Shown here in pieces: positions 36,178-48,665 of a stretch of DNA of 64,000 bases (positions are counted from its first letter, which is position 1; every line of letters begins with the position of its first letter). Source of the stretch: Leucoraja ocellata (taxonomy: Eukaryota); the NCBI GenBank assembly GCA_036785375.1, contig JAWMAR010000471.1, positions 806,001 through 870,000 on the forward strand, written 5' to 3'. Position numbers and translations under genes: made by a program. The notes under the pieces were generated by a model. That model was not told where the DNA came from, did not search any database, and worked only from the letters and a program-made list of their open reading frames with translations.

Positions 36178-36905
36178 ATAACCATATAACCATATAACAA
36201 TTACAGCACGGAAACAGGCCATCTCGGCCCTACAAGTCCGTGCCGAACAACTTTTTTTCCCTTAGTCCCACCTGCCTGCACTCATACCATAACACTCCAT
36301 TCCCTTCTCACCCATATGCCTATCCAATTTATTCTTAAATGATACCAACGAACCTGCCTCCACCACTTCCACTGGAAGCTCATTCCACACCGCTACCATT
36401 CTCTGAGTAAAGAAGTCCCCCCTCATGTTACCCCTAAACTTACGTCCCTTAATTCTGAAATCATGTCCTCTTGTTTGAATCTTCCCTATTCTCAAAGGGA
36501 AAAGCTTGTCCACATCAACTCTGTATATCCCTCTCATCATTTTAAAGACTTCTATCAAGTCCCCCCTTAACATTCTGCGCTCCAGAGAATAAAGACCTAA
36601 CTTATTCAACCTATCTCTGTAACTTAGTAGTTGAAACCCAGGCAACATTCTAGTAAATCTCCTCTGTACTCTCTCTATTTTGTTGACATCTTTCCTATAA
36701 TTGGGCGACCAAAATTGTACACCATACTCCAGATTTGGTCTCACCAATCCCTTGTACAATTTTAACATTACATCCCAGCTTCTATACTCAATGCTCTGAT
36801 TTATAAAGTATAGCATACCGAAAGCTTTCTTTACCATCCTATCTATATGAGATTCCATCTTCAAGGAACTATGCACGGTTATTCCCAGATCCCTCTGCTC
36901 AACTG
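36178..36905 (-). mobile_element. 5'-truncated CR1 (accatata-tail family)
   Basis: Near-identical to 34079-34806. Confidence 0.93.
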
Positions 36906-38179
36906 GATTTGCCTTTCGTAAATCCATGCTGACTTTCTCCAATGATTTCACCACTTTCCAAATGTGCTGCTATCCCATCTTTAATAACATACTCTAGCAG
37001 TTTCCCCACTACCGATGCTAGATTAACTGGTCTGTAATTCCCAGTTTTCTCTCTCCCTACTTTTTTTAAAGTGGGGTTAAATTAGCTACCCGCAATCCAC
37101 AGGAACCACTCCAGAATCTAAGGAGTTTTTAAAAATGATCACTAATGCATCCACTATTTCTGTGGCTACTTCCTTAAGTACTCTGGGATGCGGCCTATCT
37201 GGCCCTGGGGGTTTATCAGCCTTTAATCCATTCAATTTACCTCACACCACTTTCGGCTAACCTGGATTTCACTCAGTTCCCCAATCTCACTTATCCCGCG
37301 GTCCCCTACTATTTCCGGCAGATTATTTATGTCTTCCTTACTGAAGACAGAACCAATGTAGTTATTCAATTGGTCTGCCATGTCCTTGTTCTCTATGATC
37401 AATTCACCTGTTTCTGACTGCAAATGACCTACAATTGTTTTAACTAATCGTTTTCTCTTCACATATCTATATACACATTTGCAGTCCGTTTTTATGTTCC
37501 CTGCCAGTAATCTATGTTCTATTTCCTAATTAAGCCCTTTCTCCTCCTCTGCTGGACTCGAAAATGTCTCCCAGTCCTCTGGTAGGCTGCATTTTCTTGC
37601 TAATTTGTACGCTTCATATTTTGTTTTGATACTATCCTGATTTCCCTTGTTATCCACGGATGCACTACCTTCCCTGATTTATTATTTTGCCAAACTGGGA
37701 TGAACAATTGTTGTAGTTCATCCATGCAGTCTTTAAATGCCTTCCATTGCATATCCACCGTCAACCCTTTAAGAATCAAATGCCAATCAACCTTGGCCAA
37801 TTCACGTCTCATACCCTCAAAGTTACTTTGCTTTAACTTCAGAATCCTTGTTTCTAAATTGAAAATGTCACTCTCCATCATAATGAAGAACTCAACCATA
37901 TTATGGTCACTCTTGTCCAAGGGGCCACGCTCAACATGACTTGTTGTCCTTCGATCTTGGCATAGAGATCTAGTGTCATACAGCGTGAAAAATAGTCTCC
38001 CGGCCCAACCTGCCCACGATCAAAAATGTACCCCATCTGCACACCCCCACCTGCCTACGATTGGCCCATATTCCTGTTAACATATCTTATCCATGTCCCT
38101 GTCGCAATATTTCTTAAACGTTGCGACAGTACCTGCCTCAACTACCTTCACCGGCAGCATGCTCCATACACAGGTGGTG

Positions 38180-40295
38180 GAGAGAAAACTGGGTCTTTAC
38201 ATAAGGACTTGGATAGGTTGGGAGAGTGGGTAGAGAAGTGGCAGATGGAATATTGAGTAACAAAGTGTGGAGTCAGCATTTTGGTAGAAGGCGTAGAATA
38301 TTTCAAAAAATGGGGAGAGAATCAAGAAATCGAAGGTGCAAAGGGACATGAGAGGGCTAGTGCAGGATTCCCAAACCAGGTAATTTGCAAATCGAATTGG
38401 TAGTAAAGAAGGCAAACGCAATGGTAGCATTTACTTCCATCGGGAAAGAATACAACAACAGGTATGTAATACTGAGGCACTACAAAGGCGCTGGTCAGGT
38501 CGCCTTTGAGTATTGTGACCAATTGTGGGTACCATATCTGAGGAAGGATGAGCCAGCTGCGGAGAGGGTCCAGAGGACGTTTACAACACCAATTTCAAGA
38601 ATGAGGCAGTTAAAATATGTTGATCGTTTGAAGACACTGAGCCTGTACTCGCTGGAGACTGGAAGCATCAGGGGGGGACCACATTGAAACTTACCGAATC
38701 GTGAAAGGTTTGCATAGAATGGACGTGGAGAGGATGATTCCACTAGAGGGAGAATCTAGTTTATTTTTAATGTCTATAAATAGTAAATTGTTTCCAGCTT
38801 GTAGTACAGTGCTACTGTATGGGGTGATCGATGGTAAGCGCAGATTGTGTGGGACGAAGGGCCTGTGTCCACAGCGGATCTCCGATATCTTGAGCCTATG
38901 TTCCTTGGGCGCACGAGGCAGAGTGTATGAAGTCATTAGCGGATTGGACAACGTGAATCACGCGTGAATCACAGTGGGAAACTTTATTCTGCTGTGTGGG
39001 GATGTTTTATGTTGGACTCTATCGTGTGTTGTGTTCTTTATTTTATTGTATGGTTGTATGTTGACCACACACTGGTACATGTGACAAATAAATGTATCTT
39101 GTATCTTGTCCTTTACCCAGAGTTGGAGAATCAAGAACCAGAGGAATTGGGTTAAAGGTGAGAGGGGAAATATTTAACAGGAACGGGAGGGAAACTTTTG
39201 CACTTGAGAAGGTGATGGGTATCACTTGGTGTCCTTGTTCATCACTCACTGAAAATAAGCATGCGGGTACAGCAGGCAGTGAAGAAATCTAACTGCACGT
39301 TGGCCTTCATACCAAGAGGAATTGGGTATTGGAGTAAAGAGGCCATTCTGCAGTTGTACAGGGCCCTAGTGAGGCCACACCACGAGTATTGTGTGCATTT
39401 TTGGTCTCCAGATTTGAGGAACGACATTCTTGCTATTGAAGGAGTGCACCGTAGGTTCACGAGGTTAATTCCCGGGACGGCGGGACTATCATATGCGGAT
39501 ATAATGGAGCGGCTGGTCTTGTATACACTGGAATTTAGTAGGATGAGAGGGGGTCTTTTTGAAACATAAAAGATTATTAAAGGATTGGACAGGTTGGAGG
39601 CAGGAACCATGTTCCCGATGTTGAGAGGGTCCAGGCCTAGGGACCACAGTTTAAGAATAAGTTGTAGGCTATTTAGCAAGCGGGAGATCATGCAGTTTTA
39701 TGCGAATTTAGCGGAGGTGTTCCACGAAACATTCCTGCACATTACCCTGTGTTGTGCCTGTTAATTTACTTGCAAATGTTGAGCACCCTAGCTTAAAAAG
39801 TAACACATGTGTTTGTGAAATAAATTAGTTTATGGGTCTGGAAGCAGAGAGAGAAGGTCCTGCAGATATGAACAGTTGGAAATTAGCTGATAAGCTTCAT
39901 TTCAATAGACAATAAGTGCAGGAGTAGGCCATTCGCCCTTCGAGCCACCACCGCCATTCAATGTGATCAAGGTTGATCATCCACAATCAGTACCCCGTTC
40001 CTGTCTTCTCCCCTTTCCCCCTGACACCACTATCTTTAAAAGACCTATCTAACTCTCTCTTGACAGTATCCAGAGAACCGGCCTCCACAGACTCAGTACT
40101 ATGTGTGAAAATTTGTTTCGGTATCTCCATTTAAATGGCTTACCCCTTATTATTAAACCGTGGACCTGGTTCTGGACTTCTCCCAACATCGGGAACATGT
40201 TTCCTGCATCGAGCGTGTCCAAACCCTCAATAATTCCAATATATACAAGCCCAGTCACTCCATTATTTCAACATCTGCCAGACCAGCCATCCCGG
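38180..40295. mobile_element. Old CR1 fragments (38180-38760 +, 39110-39680 +, 39905-40295 -)
   Basis: Degenerate VKKAN, LYRALVRPH and RRFTRLIPG translations. Confidence 0.8.
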
Positions 40296-41380
40296 GTAGA
40301 ACCGACCGTTGGGAAAATCAAAGTTTGGACAGTCTACCCTGTAGACACCTATCATGAACTAATGTAAACTAACTAAACTAGCACGCTGTACTAATTGGTG
40401 ACCAGTAATACAGCCATTAGTGAATGTATTTGCCAACTATGCAAGATGGACACCTTTAATAAGAACAGCGTGTTTTGGAGTCGCAGTTGCTCATTTACCG
40501 GAATGGTGGCTGGATTAGCGGTGCAGGGAGAGATTGGTCATATTTGGATTCTTTCCCTCTGGAATGTCGGAGATTGCAGGAAGATCTGGTTGAAGTATAT
40601 AACGTTATGGGAGGCTACGATAGGGGCTGCTCCCCCAACGCACCCGTTCCCTACCCGTAGCCCCACAGGAGGCGTGGTCCCCCAACTCAAGCCGTTCCCG
40701 AACGTAAGTGAAGCTGATCACTGCTAGCCGAGCCATTGTGACGTCATCAGTTGAAGCTAGTCGTTTTCAATTCAGTCTTTTGATTTTTTTTTTTACTTAA
40801 AGCAGTAATGTCGAGAAATAAAGCATAACATGTTCAGCGAAGGTATTTTCGGCCTCGGGAGGGACAATGCCAATCAGAATATGTAAAAATGTAATCGTTA
40901 CCGCGTCGGGAGCGGAGGATTTGGAGAGAGAAAACTCAACTCAAATTTGGAGCTATACAAATCTCAGCCGCCATCGGTGAAGAAAATAAATTAATGCATT
41001 TCTCACATTTCCTTGCCCTGCGGGAGGAGATAAATCCGACTGTGAGCACTCACTCGAATCTCCAATAGGCAGAGTTCCAGCGTCGGCGCTGCATCAATGG
41101 AGGTGGGACATTAATGCAAATCGATTCAGCATCTCTTTACCACTCAGGTGAACTTACTCACTTTACCGCCCTCTACTGGACACTCCCTTGTTACTCATTG
41201 CTTGCATTAAAAATATAATTAGTAATGCCAACTTGTATGAATAACACCCACTCACTACCTTTGGCTGCATCTGATACTGAAATACTAATTGTACTGAAAA
41301 CCGATAGCCTCTGTAAGAAGCGACGAGGCATTACATTCAGTGCGAGAAACAAATATAACATGGAACTCTCATTAACGTAA

Positions 41381-41900
41381 TGTAAAGTTGGTCAGATCCT
41401 GACCAACTTTTACCGCTGTACTATCGAAAGCATCCTGACCACCTGCTTCACGGTATGGTACAGCAGTTGCACCGTAGCGGACAGGAAGGCACTAGAACGG
41501 GTGGTTAAAACCTCTCAGTACATCATCGGTGCCCCGCTCCCTGCCATGGATGCCCTGCACCGAAAACGGTGTCTGAGACGGGCCGGGAAGTTCATCAAAG
41601 AACCCTCCCACCCTAACCATGGACTGTTTGCCCACCTCCCATGAGGTAGGCGGTACAGGAGCCTCGGGTCTCGTACCAGTAGGATGAGGAACAGCTTCTA
41701 CAAGAACACTATCACATTGCTGAACTCGGAGTCCCGCCGATAGATTTCTCCAGTCTCTCCGTCCACATTGTTTGCTTATTCTGAATTTTTATTTCTATGT
41801 TGCACTATTACCACGGACTGACGCTAAACTGCATTTCGTTGTACCCGTACTTGTATCTGTGCAATGACAATAAAGTTGAATTGAACTGAATTGAATTGAA
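41381..41900 (+). mobile_element. Rex1/Babar LINE 3' end
   Basis: ILTNFYRCTIESILT...DRKALERVVK...CLRRA..IKEPSHPNHGLF...RRYRSL; aataaagttgaattgaactgaattga tail. Absent from duplication copy A. Confidence 0.88.
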
Positions 41901-42583
41901 ATGTTGCAGGAAGAATTGTACTTACTCACCTTACAGCCCTCTACTGGACACTAGCTTGTGACACTCTGCTTCCATTAAAAGTATAGTTAGTAATGCCAAC
42001 TTGTTTGAACGGCACCGACTACCTTTGGCTGCATCAGGTGCAGAATTACTAATTGTACTGAAAGCCGAAGGCCTCTGTAAGAAGCAATGAGGCATTACAT
42101 TCAGTGCGAGAAACAAATATAAAATGGAACTCTCACTATCGTAAATGTTGCAACAAGAATTTTATTAAACACATTGGTGCACCGGGCATTTACATACGTA
42201 ACCATGGAACGGCTCAAAGAATTGTAGAGTAATGGAGCATGCAATGTTTAGGACCATAACTCTATGTCTGTTTTCATTGCGTGCTGGAGACGTTGCCGCT
42301 GGATTCAAAGGAATGTGGAGACAGTTAACGGCGAGGCTCAATTCCGGATTCATTGGAGGTCTGCTCCAGTACAACATAGCACTCGTTCCATGTGGCCGCC
42401 CTTCCCACTGGGCACTTTGAACAACGCGCCCGTGTTGCATGTTAAATAGATGGCCAAATGTACATTCCAGTGCAGGGGACGCGTTCAGAATATATTTCTC
42501 AGCTATGTTTTTAAAAATTGATGCGGAAAGCTTTCAGACAAAACTCCTTCATTACCTAGTTTCTGCACTGACTCACGGTGGGA

Positions 42584-43509
42584 TTAGTAATGTAATGTTA
42601 TTTTACACCGGTTTCTCGATTTTATTAAACATACAGTTAGGGTGAAGGGGTATATGAGTACCTGGAACAGCTGCTCTCTGAACCTCCTCTGGGTCACGGT
42701 GTAAATGAGCGTGTTTGTGCAGGTGTTCAACAGTTGTAGCAGTATTCCAGTTTGTTCAAATGTTGCAAATCGGTTCATCAACCCCCTGAACATAAATGCA
42801 TTCGTAATTCGATAGAAAACGAAATATACTACATTTGTGCCCCAGAGCAGCATAAAACTGCTGGAGATTGCAAGGAGTAAAATTACGGACCGTCTGCGGT
42901 TTGCGATCTCGGGGTCCTCACCACTGAGATCGCGGAGTTTTCTGCGGACACGACTGGCCACTAAAATGCGTCTGACTGTGAGCACGTTCATCATCATAAT
43001 CAAACAAAATGGAATGACTGGGACTAGCAGCTGTTGAGTCCAGGAAAATGTTATCCACAAGGATAGGCTATAAAACTGATATCGTATTCGGCAACCCCAC
43101 AGTGTACCCTGCTGATCCCTGAGATAATAAATGTACGCAAAAGGCCAGGGGACGTTCTGTAAACAGAAGAACGCAGTTAGGGTCACTATAACCACCAGCG
43201 CGGTTCTCTCAGTGCAGTATCTGGTTCTCAGATTCTGAGTGGAAATGGCCACAAAGCGATCAAATGTGAAAGCGACCGTGAGCCAAACAGAACAGGCAAC
43301 GGCCGCGGGAGCGAGGAACATAATGGACCTGCACACAGTATTGTTTAAGAGGAATGTGTTCACCCAGTAAAGGTCGGCAATCCGATGTAATATCACTTCG
43401 CAGACGATCACCGAGAGGTCCACAGTCGCCATGGCCACCAGGTACCGAGTGGTGCATTTGGAGAGACCACAATTTCTGCGCGACAGGATCACAATCGCCA
43501 GCAAGTTCA
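42584..43509 (-). CDS. GPR139/GPR142-like GPCR copy 4, exon 2
   Basis: Intact ~308-codon frame, about 90% identical in protein to copy 3; acceptor cccAG|TG. Confidence 0.93.
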
Positions 43510-44888
43510 CTGGGGATGTAGAAAAGAGGAAACCCGTTACATGTAATGGACACGCGATGCAAATTTGGAGGCGGGGGTCAAACTTTGCTTATTTGTTCGA
43601 AAAAAACTGCCCACATGCAAACCTGTGTGCTTGCTAAGGAGCTGTGCGGATTAGTTAGCAGCGGTCTACGCAGGTAGCGTGAGCTGTCTCCCAACCACCC
43701 GTGATGCACCGCAGACTCTATATTGCAGCAACATGTCCGCATCAGACGACATCGTCCTGGACCTAAACCCTTCCCGGGAACAGCCGGGCAACAAAGGAGT
43801 CGAAAGTAAGATTCCCATTTCTCCGCTGGAGAACTTGCCTTCAACACTACTCCCATCCAAACCCATTGATAAACTCCAGAGCCCAGCGCTCAACACACCA
43901 GCTTGCGAATGGATACTCAACTTCCTAAAGAATAAACCGCGAGAATTAGTGGTAACACCCTTCCACAATAATACTCAACAACGGTGCCGCACAAAGCGTG
44001 TTGTGGGGCCATCTATGCCACATAAAGAATAAATTGCACAGGGTTCTGGAAGACGCCGGGTCCATATCACGTAATGGACTCCGCACTGTTGACTGCGTTT
44101 GCACTTCACAATCTTTTGGAAACGGAGACATGTCTCACCCCGCGCATTCCTTCTACTTCCTGCTCCGTCGGGCAGAAAATGGAGAAGGCTTAAAGCTCGC
44201 TCCACCAGACTCCAGAACAGCTCTTTCCCCTCTGTTGTCAGGCTTCTGAGCCGCTCTTCCATATGCCAGGGCATTGCCGTTTCACCTCTATCCCCTTGCG
44301 GACATTGGGCTTTGTGGAAGTGATACGCTGCAGTGCGCTCCCAAACTTGAACTGCGCTCTGCACTCCGATTTCCCCTCTTACACTACCTGTTACTGAGAT
44401 TGAATTGTTTGTACTGTTATTTAATATTATTTGATCTAATTTGGATTTCTTGCAAACCAAAGCTTTTTACAGCTCCCGGAGAGACATGACAACAATGCAC
44501 CTAAACCTGAATCTGAAGAGAATTAACCTGTGCCAGATCCAATGAACGACCAACGATCAAGTAGATTAATAAAGGAATAGGTGACGTTTCGGGTCGAGAC
44601 CCTTTTTCAGACTGATCAGTCTCGACCCGAAACGTCACCTATTCCTTCGCTTCATAGATGCCGCTTCACCCGCTGTCTAATTCTCCAGCATTTTTGTCTA
44701 GATTCGATTTCTCCAGCAACTGCAGTAATTTCTTAAACAAACATTTTCTAGTTAATACCGCCCTAACCTGAAGAATGCAGTCTAGCATTCCCGTGTTTCG
44801 CACACTATTTACACTTTACCTTTAACATTGTTTTTATCAACATATCATCTCACGTCTCAGTCCCTCTTACTGCGTTCCCTTCACCTAC

Positions 44889-44958
44889 CGGGTACTCCGA
44901 TTGCTGCCAGAATTGGATAATAGTAATATTCAACTTCCAAGTGCCACTTCCAACTCAT
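44889..44958 (-). CDS. GPCR copy 4, exon 1 (MSWKWHLEVEYYYYPILAAIGVP)
   Basis: ATG at 44958; donor G|GTAGGT. Confidence 0.92.
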
Positions 44959-46829
44959 TATTCCTTCAAGCCGTCCGCAGTTATGCAGTGCAAAACTTAG
45001 AGAAGTCAAAGTGAGAAGTCAAACAGCGCTGTATTTATATTCCTGGAAAAAAGTGAAGTACTGCGTGCGTTCACCTCCCCGCGGACATTTATTTTGGACC
45101 GATGAACAAATAGTTTGCTCCCATGTGATGCAAAGCGATCAAACTCATTATGCGACCGCTCCCTACTCAGGCACCAGCTCAGCACCAACAGAACAAAGGA
45201 ACTGTAAAATACGACTGCACATTCTATTTTTAAATGTTAACGCGTGGCACACAGATGCAGCAAAATTCATGTCATGTAGTATTTGTCTACACATGCTGCG
45301 ATGCAACACAGTATTTCATTTGTAGCATTTGTAATGCATTTTCCAGACACCGTTCCATTCATTTAACATGTACCCATTAATAATTTGATCTTTCAAAAGG
45401 AATGATTATTATTTTAGGGCAGGGTCTAAATGATGTAAATCACAGGGAACCTTCCAGAAGACATCGTATACATTCAGATACAACAGCAGCATTAATGCCT
45501 TTCAACTGTTGGCACCGCATGAAGTAAAGGATAGGCGAATATAATGTGTAACGTGACAACTCACTGGAAATAAACAGCAGCTGGAAATATTCTTGATCAA
45601 CAGGTTATCTTTAAAGAAATGTGTTAATTCATAAAACATAGAGGTGACCAGCTTTTGATGTTACTCCAGATATTAGGGCGAAATCTTCTCAATGCATAGA
45701 TCCGTTGGAGATATCAAGAATGTTGATGTGCAAGATGATAGAACCGATTGAATCCGCTAAGGAGACGCTGACCAGCGGTACATGTTTTGGGATAGATAAT
45801 TTTGAAGAAAGTCTTGACCTAAAAAAAAGTGTCATGTTTGCTGCACTCAAACTAAGAAATTCAAAGGAAAAAAAATCTTCACAAAGCAGTACAGCACAGG
45901 AACAGGGATATTAATTTTCGAAATAATTAATTAAGGATCCATTTAAACTAGGGAGTATGCAACTCTCCTCACACGAATGGTACTAATATTGGACAGTGCG
46001 AATTGTGAGATGGACTGGATAATGCAGAAGCTTTTTCTCTCTGCAGCGAACAAAACAGGAGGAATTATGGAGAATTAAAATATGACAAGGTGATCAATTG
46101 AGGTATTATATTTTGTTCCTAAGGTATAGGTCTCTACAATAAGTAAATATTTAAAGGGCACGCAGCGCCAACTTCCCCTCACGGGAGGGGCAGGTATATT
46201 GAACCAACTCTCACTGTAAGTGGTAGTTGCATGTTACACAGCACAGAAACAGGGCCCTTTCTCCATCTTGTTCATGAACTATTTGCTTACAACCAATGCG
46301 AGTAAATTTGAATGTGGATGGTAAGATTTTTTTCCCTCAGCCAGCTGGAGGTGTGGGCTTATTTCACGGCAGGAGTCGCACGCAGTTGGATATAAGTGGA
46401 GTTTAACCACCTGGTCTGGGACGTTGACGAGGCCGCACGTGCAATATTGTTCAGATCGCAATATGTTAGCGATGATACAATTAAACTGGGGGTGGCAGCG
46501 TATTAATGACAAAGTTTTTGCCTGGACTGGTGTGGTGGTTCAATCCTGAGAGAGACTGTATAGGTCAGGATATGTTATTTCTCTGGACCGAACGATGTTG
46601 TGATTTGACATTTCAAGTTTTGAACGTTTTCACGAGAGACAGTATAATCAAGACAGTCGTCGAAATGCCCAATTGTGTTCCAAATGACGAGGAAGAGAGA
46701 TTTAGTAGAGATGTAGGCTCGGATGTTATGTGCAGAAATTTGCGCCTTGCCCCGGCGGAAGGTGATGTGTTGTTCTTAGATCTTGGCATAAAGTCCTGGT
46801 GTCATCTGGCAAGCGCGAGCAAACCAGAA

Positions 46830-47075
46830 GCGTGAGCCGCGCGGAGGTCGAGTCAGTGACACGGCGTCGAGGCGGCTGCGGACCGGCAGCCGCGCGGAAT
46901 TTTTGAACACGGTCAGTTTTTCTGAGCCCCGCGCGATGTCGGGACCAGCTCCGCACAACTCCATACGCCTCCGGCGATCGAAGTGGGACCGGCCATGCGA
47001 GGTCGTACGGCTCAAGCGACCACGTTAGGTCGCGCTTGCCGCTTGGAGCCGCATGCTCGTGGGACAGGTCCTTTA
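46830..47075. mobile_element. Partial GC-rich MITE-like element
   Basis: Ends in gtgggacaggtccttta, similar to the TIR of the 18835 MITE. Only one end is recognisable. Confidence 0.45.
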
Positions 47076-47379
47076 CACTGCATACACACTTTTTCGCACA
47101 GGGAGTGACCGGTATATGGAACGTGCAGCCAGAGGGAGTAGTTGTGGCAGGCACTATGACAGGTACTTTATTGAAAACACATGTGGACAGGTATATGGAT
47201 ACGGAAGGCGTATGATACAAACGCGGGAAAATGACACTAGGGGCATCTTGGTCGGCACGAACAAGGGCCCAAAGCGCTGTTACCGTAGGTATCACTCTAT
47301 GGCTCTCTAACGATGTATCAAGTGCAAATTCATGGCTTGAAATATTAATATTAGTGGATATATCATGTCAGCTGATGCA

Positions 47380-48665
47380 ATAAATGTAGGTCCCTTACAG
47401 TCAGAATTACAGGTGAATTCATAACGTGAAACAAGGAATTGCAGACCAGTTTAACAGGTACTTACCAAGAAAGGCATAAACAATTTCCCATAAATATTGG
47501 AGGACCGAGGATCTATCATGTCTGAGGAACTGAAGGAAATTCTCATTAGTCATGAAATGGTGTTGGGTAAAATGTTGGGACTGAAGACAGATATATCCCC
47601 AGGTCCTGATGGTCGGCATCCCAGAGCACCCACGGAGGTGGGCCGAGACATCGTGCTTGCATTGGTGATCAGTTCTTTTGACTCTGAATTAGCTCCTGCG
47701 GACTGGAGGGTAGCTAATCTAATCCCACTTGAGGAAGAGAGAAAACTGAGAACTATAGACCAGTTTGGTTGCCATTGGTAGAGGGAAGGATGCTTGAGCC
47801 GATTATTAAAGATGTAACATAACCGCATTTGGATAGCAGTGACAGGATCGGTCAGCGTTATCATTGATTTATGAAAGGGAAATCATGCTTGACAAATCTT
47901 CGGGGTTTTTGAGGACGTAACAAGTATAATGGTTAAGGGAGAACCAGTGGGTGTGGTGTAACTGGACTTTCAAAAAAGCTTTGACAAGGTCCACCACAGG
48001 AGATTAGTGTGCAAAATTACAGCACATTGTACTGTGGGTAGGCTATTGACACGGATAAAGATCTGGTTGGCAGGCAGGAAGCAAGGAGCAGGAAATAACG
48101 GGCCTTTTCAGAATGGCATGCAGTGACCCGTTGGGTGCCGTAAGGCTAAGTCGTGGGACGCCAGTTATTTACAATATATATTAACGATTTAGACGAAGGA
48201 ATTAAATGCAACATCTCCATGTTTGCGGATGACACAAAGCTGGGTGGCAGTGAGAGCTGCGAGGAGAATGCGATGATGCTGCCTGGTGACTTGGTTCGGT
48301 GCGTGGGCAGATGCAAAGAAGATGCCGTATAATGTGGATAAATGTGAGTTTATGCACATTGGTGGCAAGAACAAGAAGGCAGATTATTATCTGAATGGTG
48401 TCAGATTTGGAAAAGGGGAGTGTTAACGAGACAGTGATGTCCTTGTACATTAATCAGTGAAAGTAAGCATGCAGGTATAACAGGCAATGAAGAAAGCTAA
48501 TGGCATGTTGGCTTTCATAGCGAGAGGATGTGTGTAAAGGAGCAAAGCGATCCTGGTGAGACCGCAGTTTTGGTCTCCTCATTTGAGGAAGGGCATTCTT
48601 GCTATTGAGGGAGTGCAGATTATGTTCACCATCTTAACTCCCGGGATGGCGGGACGGACTTATGA
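47380..48665 (+). mobile_element. Old CR1 RT fragment
   Basis: ISPGPDG.HPR, FDKV, FADD and other motifs with many disruptions. Confidence 0.85.

Larger units (their letters stand above)
33235..37935 (-). mobile_element. Long CR1 LINE (catagaaa-tail family) with two nested CR1 insertions
   Basis: Host RT pieces at 33235-34078, 35780-36176 and 36906-37935 are colinear. Confidence 0.9.
40133..46108 (+). repeat. Internal segmental duplication copy B
   Basis: Colinear with 27615-33135, plus a local ~230-bp tandem duplication (41150-41380 and 41920-42150) and a LINE insertion. Confidence 0.9.
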
